51,009 bases of DNA from an uncultured archaeon. Its GTDB lineage: Archaea > Asgardarchaeota > Lokiarchaeia > Sigyniarchaeales > SOKP01. Position numbers and translations under genes: made by a program. The notes beneath the pieces were generated by a model. That model saw nothing but the letters and a program-made list of their open reading frames with translations, had not been told where the DNA came from and made no database searches. The stretch covers positions 1-51,009 of the forward strand of contig CAZWEM010000034.1 of the NCBI GenBank assembly GCA_964632315.1. The letters run 5' to 3'. Shown in pieces: positions 19,387-28,211 of the stretch (position 1 is the first letter of the stretch; each line of letters starts with the position of its first letter).

Positions 19387-21609
19387 ATTTTACGGCAAGT
19401 TTATATTTTAAAAGATGGAAATCTCATCTATTATCGCCACTTTGGCAAAGCATTGAAAAAGGAAATGTTTGATTCGATAATTGATGATTTATTGGTAGAT
19501 GCTTTTGGAAAAAGTGGGAATAAAATTGACTATCATGATTATTATAAATATAGAATATCCTTTACCACTCAAGATGAGTTAAATCTAATCTTTATTTTTG
19601 TCACAGGGTTAACAGACAACTTTGATAATATTAAAAAAGAGTTATTTAAATGTAAGAAAGAATTTCTCAATCTATTTGAAGATATTTTACTCCATAAATA
19701 TGATTCTAAAACGTTTGAAGTATTTGATCCTACGATTGATTCAATACATAGAAACCTACGTCCTAAAATTTCTTTAGTTGGATTTTCTGGGGTAGGTAAA
19801 ACTACAATTACTCGTTTAATCAAAGCTGAAGAAATCCCAATGCAACACATCCCAACAATTACAGGAGACATCGCAACAATTAGAATTGGCAAGCTTTATT
19901 TTCATCTTTGGGATTTTGCAGGACAAGAACAATTTAGTTATTTATGGAACAATTTTATTAAAGGGAGTGACGCAGTTTTATTAATTACTGATTCGTCATT
20001 AGAAAACATTGAAAAAAGCAAATTTTTCTTGGAGCTTATTAAGGAACAAGCAGCACAGGCTCACACTGCGATAATCGCAAACAAACAAGATCTAGCTGAT
20101 GCAATGAAGCCAGAACAAGTTGAAAAAATCCTGGGATTAAAAACTTATTCCATGATCGCAAAAGAATCAAAAAATCGAGATAAAATGATTCAAATTATTG
20201 CTGATATTTTAGAAATGAGTGCAGAAGTTTCACCATTACTTAAACCACTTTTAGAAAGAGACACGTTGATAGAGAAGGCGACAAACAGCTTGGAGAATGC
20301 TGAGTTTGCTGAAGCAGCTGGTTTATTCGAAAAAATTAGTGATCTATGCATAGAATTAGGAGATGATTCTTTAGGTAGAGAATTTTTTCAAAAGGCTCAA
20401 AAAATTAAGGCGATGCTCGAGAAAACCACCAAACCAGTCCAAGTACCATCAGAGCCAGAAAAAGTGCCTCCACCCGTAGAGAAAGTTAAAAAAGCTCCAA
20501 CACCAATGCCTCCTCCAATAAAAACTGATAAGAAACCAATAGTCCAAGATCTCCCTCCTCAAACTACTAAAAAGCCAGAAGTGCCTTCAAGTCCTCCTTC
20601 TATTCCCAAGGAGCCCGTGAAAACGATTTCTACGGATAATGTAAAAAAACCTACACTTCCAAGCACTCCTGAACCATCGTTCCAGTCACCTCCTCCACCA
20701 CCGCCCCCTTCTTTAAAAAAACCAGAACTTGCATCTGTTCCTGCTACAAATAAGGAGTTAAAGGCACCTCAAGCATCTCCTCCAAAAGTCTTCTCAACTC
20801 TTGAGAGAACTTTAGATGGGTCAACTATGAAGGAAGGTGAAAAAGAGAAACTAACTTCTCCAATTAGTCAAGGAAAATCAATAAAAACCCCAGAGACCCC
20901 AAAATCTCCAGAGGATGAAAATTTAATTGATGCGAATATTAATTTGGAGCATGCTGGCCTAAAACTAAACCCAGATGACTTCATTGTTAAGCAAAGGCCT
21001 AAAACAGTAACAAATGTTCCCAAAGATGCTAAGAATAAATTAAAGACCTCCCCATACGATCTTGTCTCCAATAAACCGAACGGTCCTCCACCTTCTCCTC
21101 AACCAGTTGCTCCATTTAAGTTAATAGAAAAGGAACAAGCTGAAGTTCCAAAGACGCCTCTTATTCCACAAAATGAGCAAAATTCTGAAAAAACAGCACC
21201 ACCCCCTATCATTAAGCATCCAAAAGTAACTACAGTTCCGATTCAAAAGCACCCTGTCCCCCCACAAAGCCCAGGAACTCTACCAACACCCCCTCAACCG
21301 ATCAAACCCGCATCTGTTCCAGCAACTCCCTCTCAAGTTGAGGAACAAGAGATCAGTGCCGTTAAAGAGCAATCACCAGGTAAAGCGTCTCAAGAAATGA
21401 GTCAACAACAAAAATCGGAGTTAGAAAAGTCTCTAATGGATCTTAAAATAAAGAAAGCAAATTTATCGAAGATCGCTTTAGATTATGACATGAAGGAGTT
21501 AACTGGAGAAATTACGAGTGATGAGTTAAATGAAAAAAAGCAGAAGTTAGAAAAGATCGTAGAAAGCGTGAATAAGCAAATTGAGGATCTTGAGGGAATG
21601 TTAAAATAA
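19387..21609 (+). CDS. Multidomain small GTPase: longin-like, Arf-like GTPase, helical bundle, Pro-rich linker, C-terminal coiled coil
   Basis: G1 GFSGVGKT, G2 PT, G3 WDFAGQ, G4 NKQD. The frame is open upstream of TTG 19453 to ATT 19387, giving (M)LRQVYILKDGNLIYYRHF, a longin-type N-terminal beta-hairpin. Confidence 0.85.
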   Translation: MLRQVYILKDGNLIYYRHFGKALKKEMFDSIIDDLLVDAFGKSGNKIDYHDYYKYRISFTTQDELNLIFIFVTGLTDNFDNIKKELFKCKKEFLNLFEDILLHKYDSKTFEVFDPTIDSIHRNLRPKISLVGFSGVGKTTITRLIKAEEIPMQHIPTITGDIATIRIGKLYFHLWDFAGQEQFSYLWNNFIKGSDAVLLITDSSLENIEKSKFFLELIKEQAAQAHTAIIANKQDLADAMKPEQVEKILGLKTYSMIAKESKNRDKMIQIIADILEMSAEVSPLLKPLLERDTLIEKATNSLENAEFAEAAGLFEKISDLCIELGDDSLGREFFQKAQKIKAMLEKTTKPVQVPSEPEKVPPPVEKVKKAPTPMPPPIKTDKKPIVQDLPPQTTKKPEVPSSPPSIPKEPVKTISTDNVKKPTLPSTPEPSFQSPPPPPPPSLKKPELASVPATNKELKAPQASPPKVFSTLERTLDGSTMKEGEKEKLTSPISQGKSIKTPETPKSPEDENLIDANINLEHAGLKLNPDDFIVKQRPKTVTNVPKDAKNKLKTSPYDLVSNKPNGPPPSPQPVAPFKLIEKEQAEVPKTPLIPQNEQNSEKTAPPPIIKHPKVTTVPIQKHPVPPQSPGTLPTPPQPIKPASVPATPSQVEEQEISAVKEQSPGKASQEMSQQQKSELEKSLMDLKIKKANLSKIALDYDMKELTGEITSDELNEKKQKLEKIVESVNKQIEDLEGMLK

Positions 21610-21746
21610 GACTAACATAAATCTATTTCCTAAGACTTTTTATTTATTTTTCTTACTTACAAAAGAGATATAATCCAATTCTTCATTAATATACTCAATG
21701 TAGTGTATTTTCATTATAAACTTTTTAAAGATTAATCGAAAATCTC

Positions 21747-22526
21747 ATGGATGATAGGGAAGTAGGGAAATATTGGGAATCAAATGCAGAGAATTGGACT
21801 AAATTGGCAAGATTGGGGTATGATCGTTGCCGAAATTTGATTAATACCCCTGCTTTTTTCAAAATGTTACCAAATATTAAAGGATTAAAAGGATTAGATA
21901 TCGGTTGTGGCGAAGGATATAACACAAGGATTGCGGCAAAGAAAGGGGGACACTTAACTGCGATTGACATCTCCGAATCTTTCATTAATTATGCAATAGA
22001 AGCCGAGAAAACGGATCCTTTAGGAATAAAATATCAGATCGCAAGTGCAGTAGATCTTCCATTTCCAGAAAATCATTTCGATTTTATAATGGCTACAATG
22101 AGCATGATGGACATAGCAGATAATGAAAAAGCTTTCAAAGAAGCATTTAGAGTGCTTAAACCCGGTGGATTTTTTCAATTTTCTATCAGCCATCCAGTCG
22201 CATCAGCTAAATGGGAATGGGTGAGAGATAAAAACGGAAGAAAAACAGGCCTTATACTGAGAGACTACTTTAATAGAATTGAGGGTGAACTCGACGAGTG
22301 GATCTTTGGTGCAGCACCAAAAAAGATTACAGAAAATATGGAAAAATTTAAGATACCACGATTTCATCATACTGTCTCTGATTGGTTGAACATGTTGATA
22401 AAAGCGGGTTTTACCTTAGAAGAACTTTGCGAACCCCATGTGGAGGAAGAGGAATTAAAGAAACATCCTGAAGAGTATGATTCTTTAATAGCCCCTTTAA
22501 TCTTGATAATTCGATGTAAAAAATAG
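21747..22526 (+). CDS. Class I SAM-dependent methyltransferase
   Basis: LDIGCGEG, AIDIS, LPF....FD, RVLKPGG.F.FSISHP. Confidence 0.92.
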   Translation: MDDREVGKYWESNAENWTKLARLGYDRCRNLINTPAFFKMLPNIKGLKGLDIGCGEGYNTRIAAKKGGHLTAIDISESFINYAIEAEKTDPLGIKYQIASAVDLPFPENHFDFIMATMSMMDIADNEKAFKEAFRVLKPGGFFQFSISHPVASAKWEWVRDKNGRKTGLILRDYFNRIEGELDEWIFGAAPKKITENMEKFKIPRFHHTVSDWLNMLIKAGFTLEELCEPHVEEEELKKHPEEYDSLIAPLILIIRCKK

Positions 22527-22630
22527 CTTCTATTATCAAAATTATATAATAAAAGATTAAAGTGAATTCTGCTTTTCATATTAATTAAATAAGTAGAACT
22601 CATTAAAGCATGTAAAAAGTTGAGTTTACC

Positions 22631-24058
22631 ATGACTATAGTTATCATGAAATTTGGTGGGAGTTGTCTCGTAGATGAAAAAGCATTCCAAACAATCTTAC
22701 AAATTTCTAAAATCTATGAAGATAAAAAGAAGATATATGTCGCATCTGCTCTAAATAAAGTGACAGATCTGCTTCTTGTAACAGCGCAAAATGTTGACAA
22801 TTCAATCCTACTTGATAATAACATGGCAATTATTGAAAAAATGCATTTTGATATAATTGAGCAAATTTTTGAGGAGGATTCTGAACACTACAATTCAGTT
22901 AAGAAGTGGATTGATGAAAAGTTGAGTGATTTGGAAGATATTTTTTCTGATATTCGAGAATTTGGATTAGAACCGTATTATCAAGATTTAGTTTTAAGTT
23001 ATGGCGAAACTTTGTCAACCTATATTCTATATGAGTTCTTGCTTAGTAAGGGATTAGATTCAGTATTCATTCCCTCTAAAGACATCATCATCACCAACGA
23101 TGAATTTAATAACGCTTATCCTCTCTATGCCTGGACTAACCCTCGTATTGAAAGATCAGTAATACCATTACTTGAAAATCAAAAAAAAAATATCATTATT
23201 TGCATAACAGGATTTATTGGGAGGAATAAAATCGGGAATATCACCACATTAGGAAGAGGAGGTTCAGATTATACGGCAACCATTTTAGCTCACTCAATTT
23301 ATGAAGTTGGGAATGATAAGGATATTTCTGTTATTTTATGGAAGGACGTCAGTGGATTGCTAGCAATTAATCCAAAATATATACCAAATTCTGCTTTAAT
23401 TCGAAACTTAGATTATGATGAAGCAAAGCACGTCGCGAATTTTGGCGCTAAAGTATTGCATCCTAAATGCTTGGAAGCTATTGAAAAGCATCTAATTCCC
23501 CTAGAAATCAGGAACTTTGATAACCCCTTAGAAAAATTGAATTACACTCTAATTTCTGAACACTCAGATAGAAAGGAAATTAAGGGAATTTCTGCTGAAG
23601 AAAATGCTACCATAATCACTATAGCTTCTGGAACTTTAGTAGATGTCCCGGGGGTACTTGCTAAAATGTTCAAGGTGATGAGTAAAAAAAACATAAGCGT
23701 ATCGTTAGTGGCCCAAAGTGCATCAGAGATTAGTACATCTTTCATCATCAACACGGAAGATACTGATATAGCTTTAAAAGCATTACGAGATTCGGAGTTT
23801 TTTTCTGATTTCTTTGAGATCAAACATGAGGAAGTTGCTATTTTGAACATCACGGGAGCAAAAGTACTAGAAAATTTAACAAAAGTATCAATATTCAAGG
23901 CTCTCGATGAAAAAGACATACACGTTAAAGCAATAACCCAAGGAACAGAAGAATTAAATCTTTCACTTGTGCTTAAAAGAGAGGATTTAACTTCTGCCGT
24001 AAACTTGATACATAAACATCTTTGTGAAAATTCAGAAACGGGATTTTGTAAAGAATGA
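22631..24058 (+). CDS. lysC: Aspartate kinase with ACT domains
   Basis: MKFGGS, VASAL..VTD, SYGE, TGFIG, TTLGRGGSDYTAT, WKDV.G, FGAKVLHP; C-terminal ACT repeats. Confidence 0.95.
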   Translation: MTIVIMKFGGSCLVDEKAFQTILQISKIYEDKKKIYVASALNKVTDLLLVTAQNVDNSILLDNNMAIIEKMHFDIIEQIFEEDSEHYNSVKKWIDEKLSDLEDIFSDIREFGLEPYYQDLVLSYGETLSTYILYEFLLSKGLDSVFIPSKDIIITNDEFNNAYPLYAWTNPRIERSVIPLLENQKKNIIICITGFIGRNKIGNITTLGRGGSDYTATILAHSIYEVGNDKDISVILWKDVSGLLAINPKYIPNSALIRNLDYDEAKHVANFGAKVLHPKCLEAIEKHLIPLEIRNFDNPLEKLNYTLISEHSDRKEIKGISAEENATIITIASGTLVDVPGVLAKMFKVMSKKNISVSLVAQSASEISTSFIINTEDTDIALKALRDSEFFSDFFEIKHEEVAILNITGAKVLENLTKVSIFKALDEKDIHVKAITQGTEELNLSLVLKREDLTSAVNLIHKHLCENSETGFCKE

Positions 24059-24186
24059 TCTCACAAGAGTTACATGATAATTTTAACTTTTATCAACTGT
24101 ATCTCTTTAAGGCATTTATTTTGTAATATATTAAATACCTCTTTTCCAAGTGAAAATTTAAAAGCATTAATCACTACTATTATCCC

Positions 24187-24639
24187 ATGCCTTATTGTAC
24201 AGAATGTGGAAGCGAAGTAGAACAAGAAGCACGGTTCTGCCCTAATTGTGGACATGATTTATCTCAAGAGGCTTCGGCTAGTTCTCCTAATACTGTAGGA
24301 AACCCTCCTACTCAGTACTCTACGCAACCTGCTCAATACTCAGCACAACCTACTCAATACTCTGCGCCATCAATATACCAGCAGTATCATAAAACTGATA
24401 ACACAAAGGGCATTATCGCATTAGTATTCGGAATTTTGGGTCTTGTCCTTTTACCATTCATCGGAAGTATTGTTGCCATCATTCTTGGAGCGCTTTCACG
24501 TTCTCAAGAAGAAGATACCTCTTTAGGAACGATTGGTATTGTACTTGGCATATTAGGGATGGTATGCTGGGTCATTTTCTTCGTCTTTCTTTTCGGTTGG
24601 ATTTTCAGCATGATGGGATCTTATCCTTACTACTATTAA
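24187..24639 (+). CDS. Zinc-ribbon, low-complexity linker and DUF4190-like two-TM membrane protein
   Basis: CTECG...ARFCPNCG; P/Q/Y/S-rich linker; IIALVFGILG..GSIVAIILG..GIVLGILG. Confidence 0.8.
   Translation: MPYCTECGSEVEQEARFCPNCGHDLSQEASASSPNTVGNPPTQYSTQPAQYSAQPTQYSAPSIYQQYHKTDNTKGIIALVFGILGLVLLPFIGSIVAIILGALSRSQEEDTSLGTIGIVLGILGMVCWVIFFVFLFGWIFSMMGSYPYYY
24307..24369 (+). repeat. 3 x 21-bp imperfect tandem repeat encoding the heptad P(T/A)QYS(T/A)(Q/P)
   Basis: cctactcagtactctacgcaa / cctgctcaatactcagcacaa / cctactcaatactctgcgcca. Confidence 0.85.
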
Positions 24640-24757
24640 ACCTATTATAAGAGGAAAGGACGCGTAGGGGATAAAGGGAATTAAGAATTGATCAGTCCTC
24701 AAATTGGAAAAAATTCTTAAATGGTTCAAATTTATAACTTTAAGAGGTGTATTAGTA

Positions 24758-25225
24758 ATGGGAATGACTTTATTTGAATTAGTGAAAGACCAAAAAGTTG
24801 AGCAAATTGGCTATTTGTATAAAGATGCTGAAAGACAAGCTAAGATAATGGAGGAAGCCTTTGGAATGCCGAGTTTTGCATTCATCCCAAGCCAAAAGTC
24901 CGAGCTTACCTATCGAGGAAAAATTTCAGAAGTTGAGGTTAAATTAGGAATAAGTAGGTTAATGAATACTCAAATTGAACTTATCCAGTGGATTTCTGGT
25001 GAATGTTATCATAAAGAACATTTAGAAAAATATGGAGAGGGCTTTTACCATATTAGCCTATTTGTCGATGATCTGAATAAATATCTCGAACTCTTTAAAA
25101 GCTTAAATATAGGAGTGTTGCAAGAAGGATGGATAGGGAAACAGCATTTTGCCTACTTTGATACAAAAGATGTTTTCGGATTAGTAATTGAGGTCCAAGC
25201 AACAGAGAGAAAACGCAAGAAATAA
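24758..25225 (+). CDS. VOC/glyoxalase family protein (methylmalonyl-CoA epimerase-like)
   Basis: QIG...KD, IELIQ...G, GEGFYHI...VDD, YFDT....G..IE. GAGGTG RBS precedes ATG 24758. Confidence 0.85.
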   Translation: MGMTLFELVKDQKVEQIGYLYKDAERQAKIMEEAFGMPSFAFIPSQKSELTYRGKISEVEVKLGISRLMNTQIELIQWISGECYHKEHLEKYGEGFYHISLFVDDLNKYLELFKSLNIGVLQEGWIGKQHFAYFDTKDVFGLVIEVQATERKRKK

Positions 25226-25367
25226 TCATCAAATTTCTTTTTCTTTTTGTTTGAATGAGATCTTCATAGATCATTCAATCATCTCAAAATTAAGCTTTAA
25301 ATAGATGCATAACCTATATTATGTTATTATCAATTGACTAAAAATCAATTTTAAATTAGGATTTGTA

Positions 25368-26726
25368 TTAGAATCTATTTTTTTCCCTTTTTACAGTTTT
25401 ATTTTGAATCAAACGTAAAGAAAAAACACTAATTATTACAATACATGCTACTACTACTATATTTTCTTTAAAAAATAGATCAAATTTGTCTGGAGAATTG
25501 TCTGGAGTGTCATTTTTAATGTCTAAATACATATTCATTAACTTGAATATATCGGTATTATCAATAACACTGAGGTTAGTAAAACCAGAAAACTCTGTGT
25601 TATATCCAAAAAAGGGAACATTAGAATTAGAATGAGAAGTAGTTGACCAATCAACAGAAATATTATTAACTCTCTCAATTCTTATTAATTTATTTTCTTC
25701 TAGCGTGTTATTTGGCAGGGGGATATTATTATTCAAGGTGCTGTTTAAAATTTTTAAACCTCCTGTTTCATGATCAGCGGTAACTAACAATAAAACATCA
25801 TTATGCTCTTTGGAGAAAGAAATAGCCATATCTACTGCGTGAGTGAATTCAATTGTCTCTAAAGCCATATTAATTTCATCATTAGCGTGACAAGCGTGAT
25901 CAATTCTTCCTCCTTCGACCATTAAAAAAAAACCGTCTGGATCCTGAGATAGTATTTCGATGGCCTTCATTGTCATCTCAGCCAATGATGGAATCACTTC
26001 TTGCTCACGATCAATCTCATATGGCAGGTGAGAAGGTGCAAATAGTCCTATTAAATTATCCGAATCTGTCTCCATTAATTCAGAGCGATTACTTACAACG
26101 TCATATCCTCGTGCGTCTAATTGAATGAGTTGTGAAGTGGAGAAATAGTTACTACCTCCACCAAATAGAACATTAACAGTCGAATTCTCAGCAATCTGTC
26201 GTGAGATCTCGGTGGTATCGGATCTAGATTGCACATGAGTCATAAAAGCAGCAGGAGTCGCATGAGTTATCTCAGTTGTCGTGACAATTCCAGTGGATTT
26301 TCCAAGTTTATAAGAAATTTCCAGAATTGTTTCTAAAATCTCCGATAATGGAGAAATTGAAAGCATTCCATTATTTGTCTTATTCCCGGTTGCGATTGCA
26401 GTTGCCGCTGCCGCTGAATCCGTGATTAAATTATCTGCACTTCGGGTTGTTACATTTAACTGCATTGGTAACTGTTCAAGCGGAAATCGATTGTCCTTTC
26501 CAAGTTCTACCCATCTTGCAAGTTTCAAGTGTTCAAAACCCATTCCATCTCCTATCATTAATATTATACTTTTATTTGTTGTACTATTTGAGGATTTAAC
26601 ATCTCTTTTCGATTCTTGAGGATGATAAAATTCAAATTTTGCAATGAAATGTGTTTGACTTATGGTTAGTATTAAAAAGAAAACCAAAAGTGATTTTATG
26701 AATGAATAGGTATGGTTAGCTTTCAT
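25368..26726 (-). CDS. phoA: Alkaline phosphatase (PhoA family), secreted and C-terminally membrane-anchored
   Basis: IGDGMG, TDSAAAATA (catalytic Ser), THATPAAF, EGGRIDHACH, TADHETGG. Confidence 0.92.
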   Translation of the reverse strand: MKANHTYSFIKSLLVFFLILTISQTHFIAKFEFYHPQESKRDVKSSNSTTNKSIILMIGDGMGFEHLKLARWVELGKDNRFPLEQLPMQLNVTTRSADNLITDSAAAATAIATGNKTNNGMLSISPLSEILETILEISYKLGKSTGIVTTTEITHATPAAFMTHVQSRSDTTEISRQIAENSTVNVLFGGGSNYFSTSQLIQLDARGYDVVSNRSELMETDSDNLIGLFAPSHLPYEIDREQEVIPSLAEMTMKAIEILSQDPDGFFLMVEGGRIDHACHANDEINMALETIEFTHAVDMAISFSKEHNDVLLLVTADHETGGLKILNSTLNNNIPLPNNTLEENKLIRIERVNNISVDWSTTSHSNSNVPFFGYNTEFSGFTNLSVIDNTDIFKLMNMYLDIKNDTPDNSPDKFDLFFKENIVVVACIVIISVFSLRLIQNKTVKREKNRF

Positions 26727-26933
26727 ACAAGTCTATATCTCTTATATATATGATTTATACCTTAATACAGATTTAAATTTATTGAGTGCGATAAAATAGA
26801 TTCAAATTGAAGAAATAACTATTAATGTGAGAGTATCTAATTCGCTTAGTTGCAATTTTTACCTCATAATTCCCAAAAAATGCAAATTAAATTAAATATA
26901 TGAAATAGTAAGCCAATCAAAAAGGAGCGAATT

Positions 26934-27461
26934 TTATTGAGAACGGGAATCAATTATTCTTCTGGTTAGCTCAGTAAAAGCCTCATCAACTTGTTGACCG
27001 GTTTTTGCAGAGGTCTCTATGTAGATACTACCTTCACTTTCAGCGAATTTCCGAGCTTCGTCTCGATCGATGACCACTCCAACGTCTTCTACTAAATCTA
27101 ATTTATTCCCAATCAAAACAAATGGGATTTTTTCTCCAGCGAATTGCCGTATTTCAGTTAACCATTTTCGAGTTTCTGTATACGTTTGTTCACGTGTTAA
27201 ATCAAAAACTAATAAGGCTCCTGCAGCTCCCTTATAGAATGTAGATCGGATGAATTCAAATCTTTGTTGTCCTCCAATATCCCATATTGAGAGGGTGGCA
27301 ACTTCTTGGGGTTTAAATTCTACATCTTTTGTCAGGATATCGACTCCAACCGTGAGTTTATAATTTGCTGCAAACCGGTTTTTGATGAATCTTTGAACCA
27401 AACTAGTTTTTCCTACAGCCGCAGCACCAGTAAGTAGAACCTTGAGTTTAAAACTTGACAT
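26934..27461 (-). CDS. Rab-like small GTPase
   Basis: G1 GAAAVGKT, G2 T, G3 WDIGGQ, G4 NKLD, G5 SAK; no C-terminal cysteines. Confidence 0.93.
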   Translation of the reverse strand: MSSFKLKVLLTGAAAVGKTSLVQRFIKNRFAANYKLTVGVDILTKDVEFKPQEVATLSIWDIGGQQRFEFIRSTFYKGAAGALLVFDLTREQTYTETRKWLTEIRQFAGEKIPFVLIGNKLDLVEDVGVVIDRDEARKFAESEGSIYIETSAKTGQQVDEAFTELTRRIIDSRSQ

Positions 27462-27846
27462 GGTAATCTTTAACCTTAATAATTTTAAAAATTGTATATT
27501 AGTTTTCTTGTATATTAATTATTATCTTAACGTTTATTTAAGAATTTATTTAATTCTTTTTTAAAGGTAATAATGTATGTGTTAAAAATTTAATATATTT
27601 ATTTCTTAAATACTTTTACCAATTTTTTGTATAGATACTTTAGTCTGAGTGGACTTTAACTCTCTCAACTCTTATTTTCCATCATTTTAAAAAAGATTGA
27701 AATCTGAATAATTTGTCTTAAGTCGTATAATCTTCGAGACCTTGTAAAATGAAGATCCCCTCATAAATACGCCTTTCATTATATAATTTAACTCTCCTAG
27801 GAAAAATCATACCATAAAAATTGAAATAGTCTATTGGTAATTTTGA

Positions 27847-28119
27847 ATTTTAGAACCTAAAGATCCGGGAGTGTCTTACGAAACTTTATTATTTAGAGAT
27901 GCAGATGGTCTCGATTTCTTAGGATTTATTGGAATTTTTCGTGATTTCTCCCATGCTCCATATAACCTTAAGAAAGCGTTTCAGCGAATAAAGTGACATC
28001 GAAACTATTTAGCCACTATTGTAGAGTAAGATTCTGCAAAAGCGATCATACAAGAAAAACTCCTAGAGATGGATAATTTTATCTAAGTGTTTGAGAAAGA
28101 ATTCATTACATTTTATTGA
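27847..28119 (+). pseudogene. Degraded HD-domain phosphohydrolase (C-terminal remnant)
   Basis: One frame reads ILEPKDPGVSYETLLFRDADGLDFLGFIGIFRDFSHAPYNLKKAFQRIK*HRNYLATIVE*DSAKAIIQEKLLEMDNFI*VFEKEFITFY*. DADxLDxLGxxGxxR is the HD-domain C-terminal motif. Internal stops at 27994, 28027 and 28084. Confidence 0.7.
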
Positions 28120-28211
28120 TTGCAATAAAATTGTGTCATCTCCATTTACTTAAAATCAAATAACCAAGTGTTAAGAATTGAATGCTCTCATCTAAGCACT
28201 TTTTTTTGGAA

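Noticed and set aside
24307-24369. Tandem repeat as a CRISPR array
   Set aside because: Only three contiguous in-frame 21-bp units without spacers, inside a CDS, and no cas genes.
27994-27996. In-frame TGA in the HD remnant as possible selenocysteine (Lokiarchaeia encode Sec)
   Set aside because: The same frame also has two TAA stops, the TGA is not at a Cys-like catalytic position, and no convincing SECIS hairpin was seen. Decay explains it better.
28111-28130. Hairpin TTTTATTG-attg-CAATAAAA as an ncRNA or mobile-element end
   Set aside because: Short and AT-only, expected by chance in this composition; at most a terminator of the dead HD gene.
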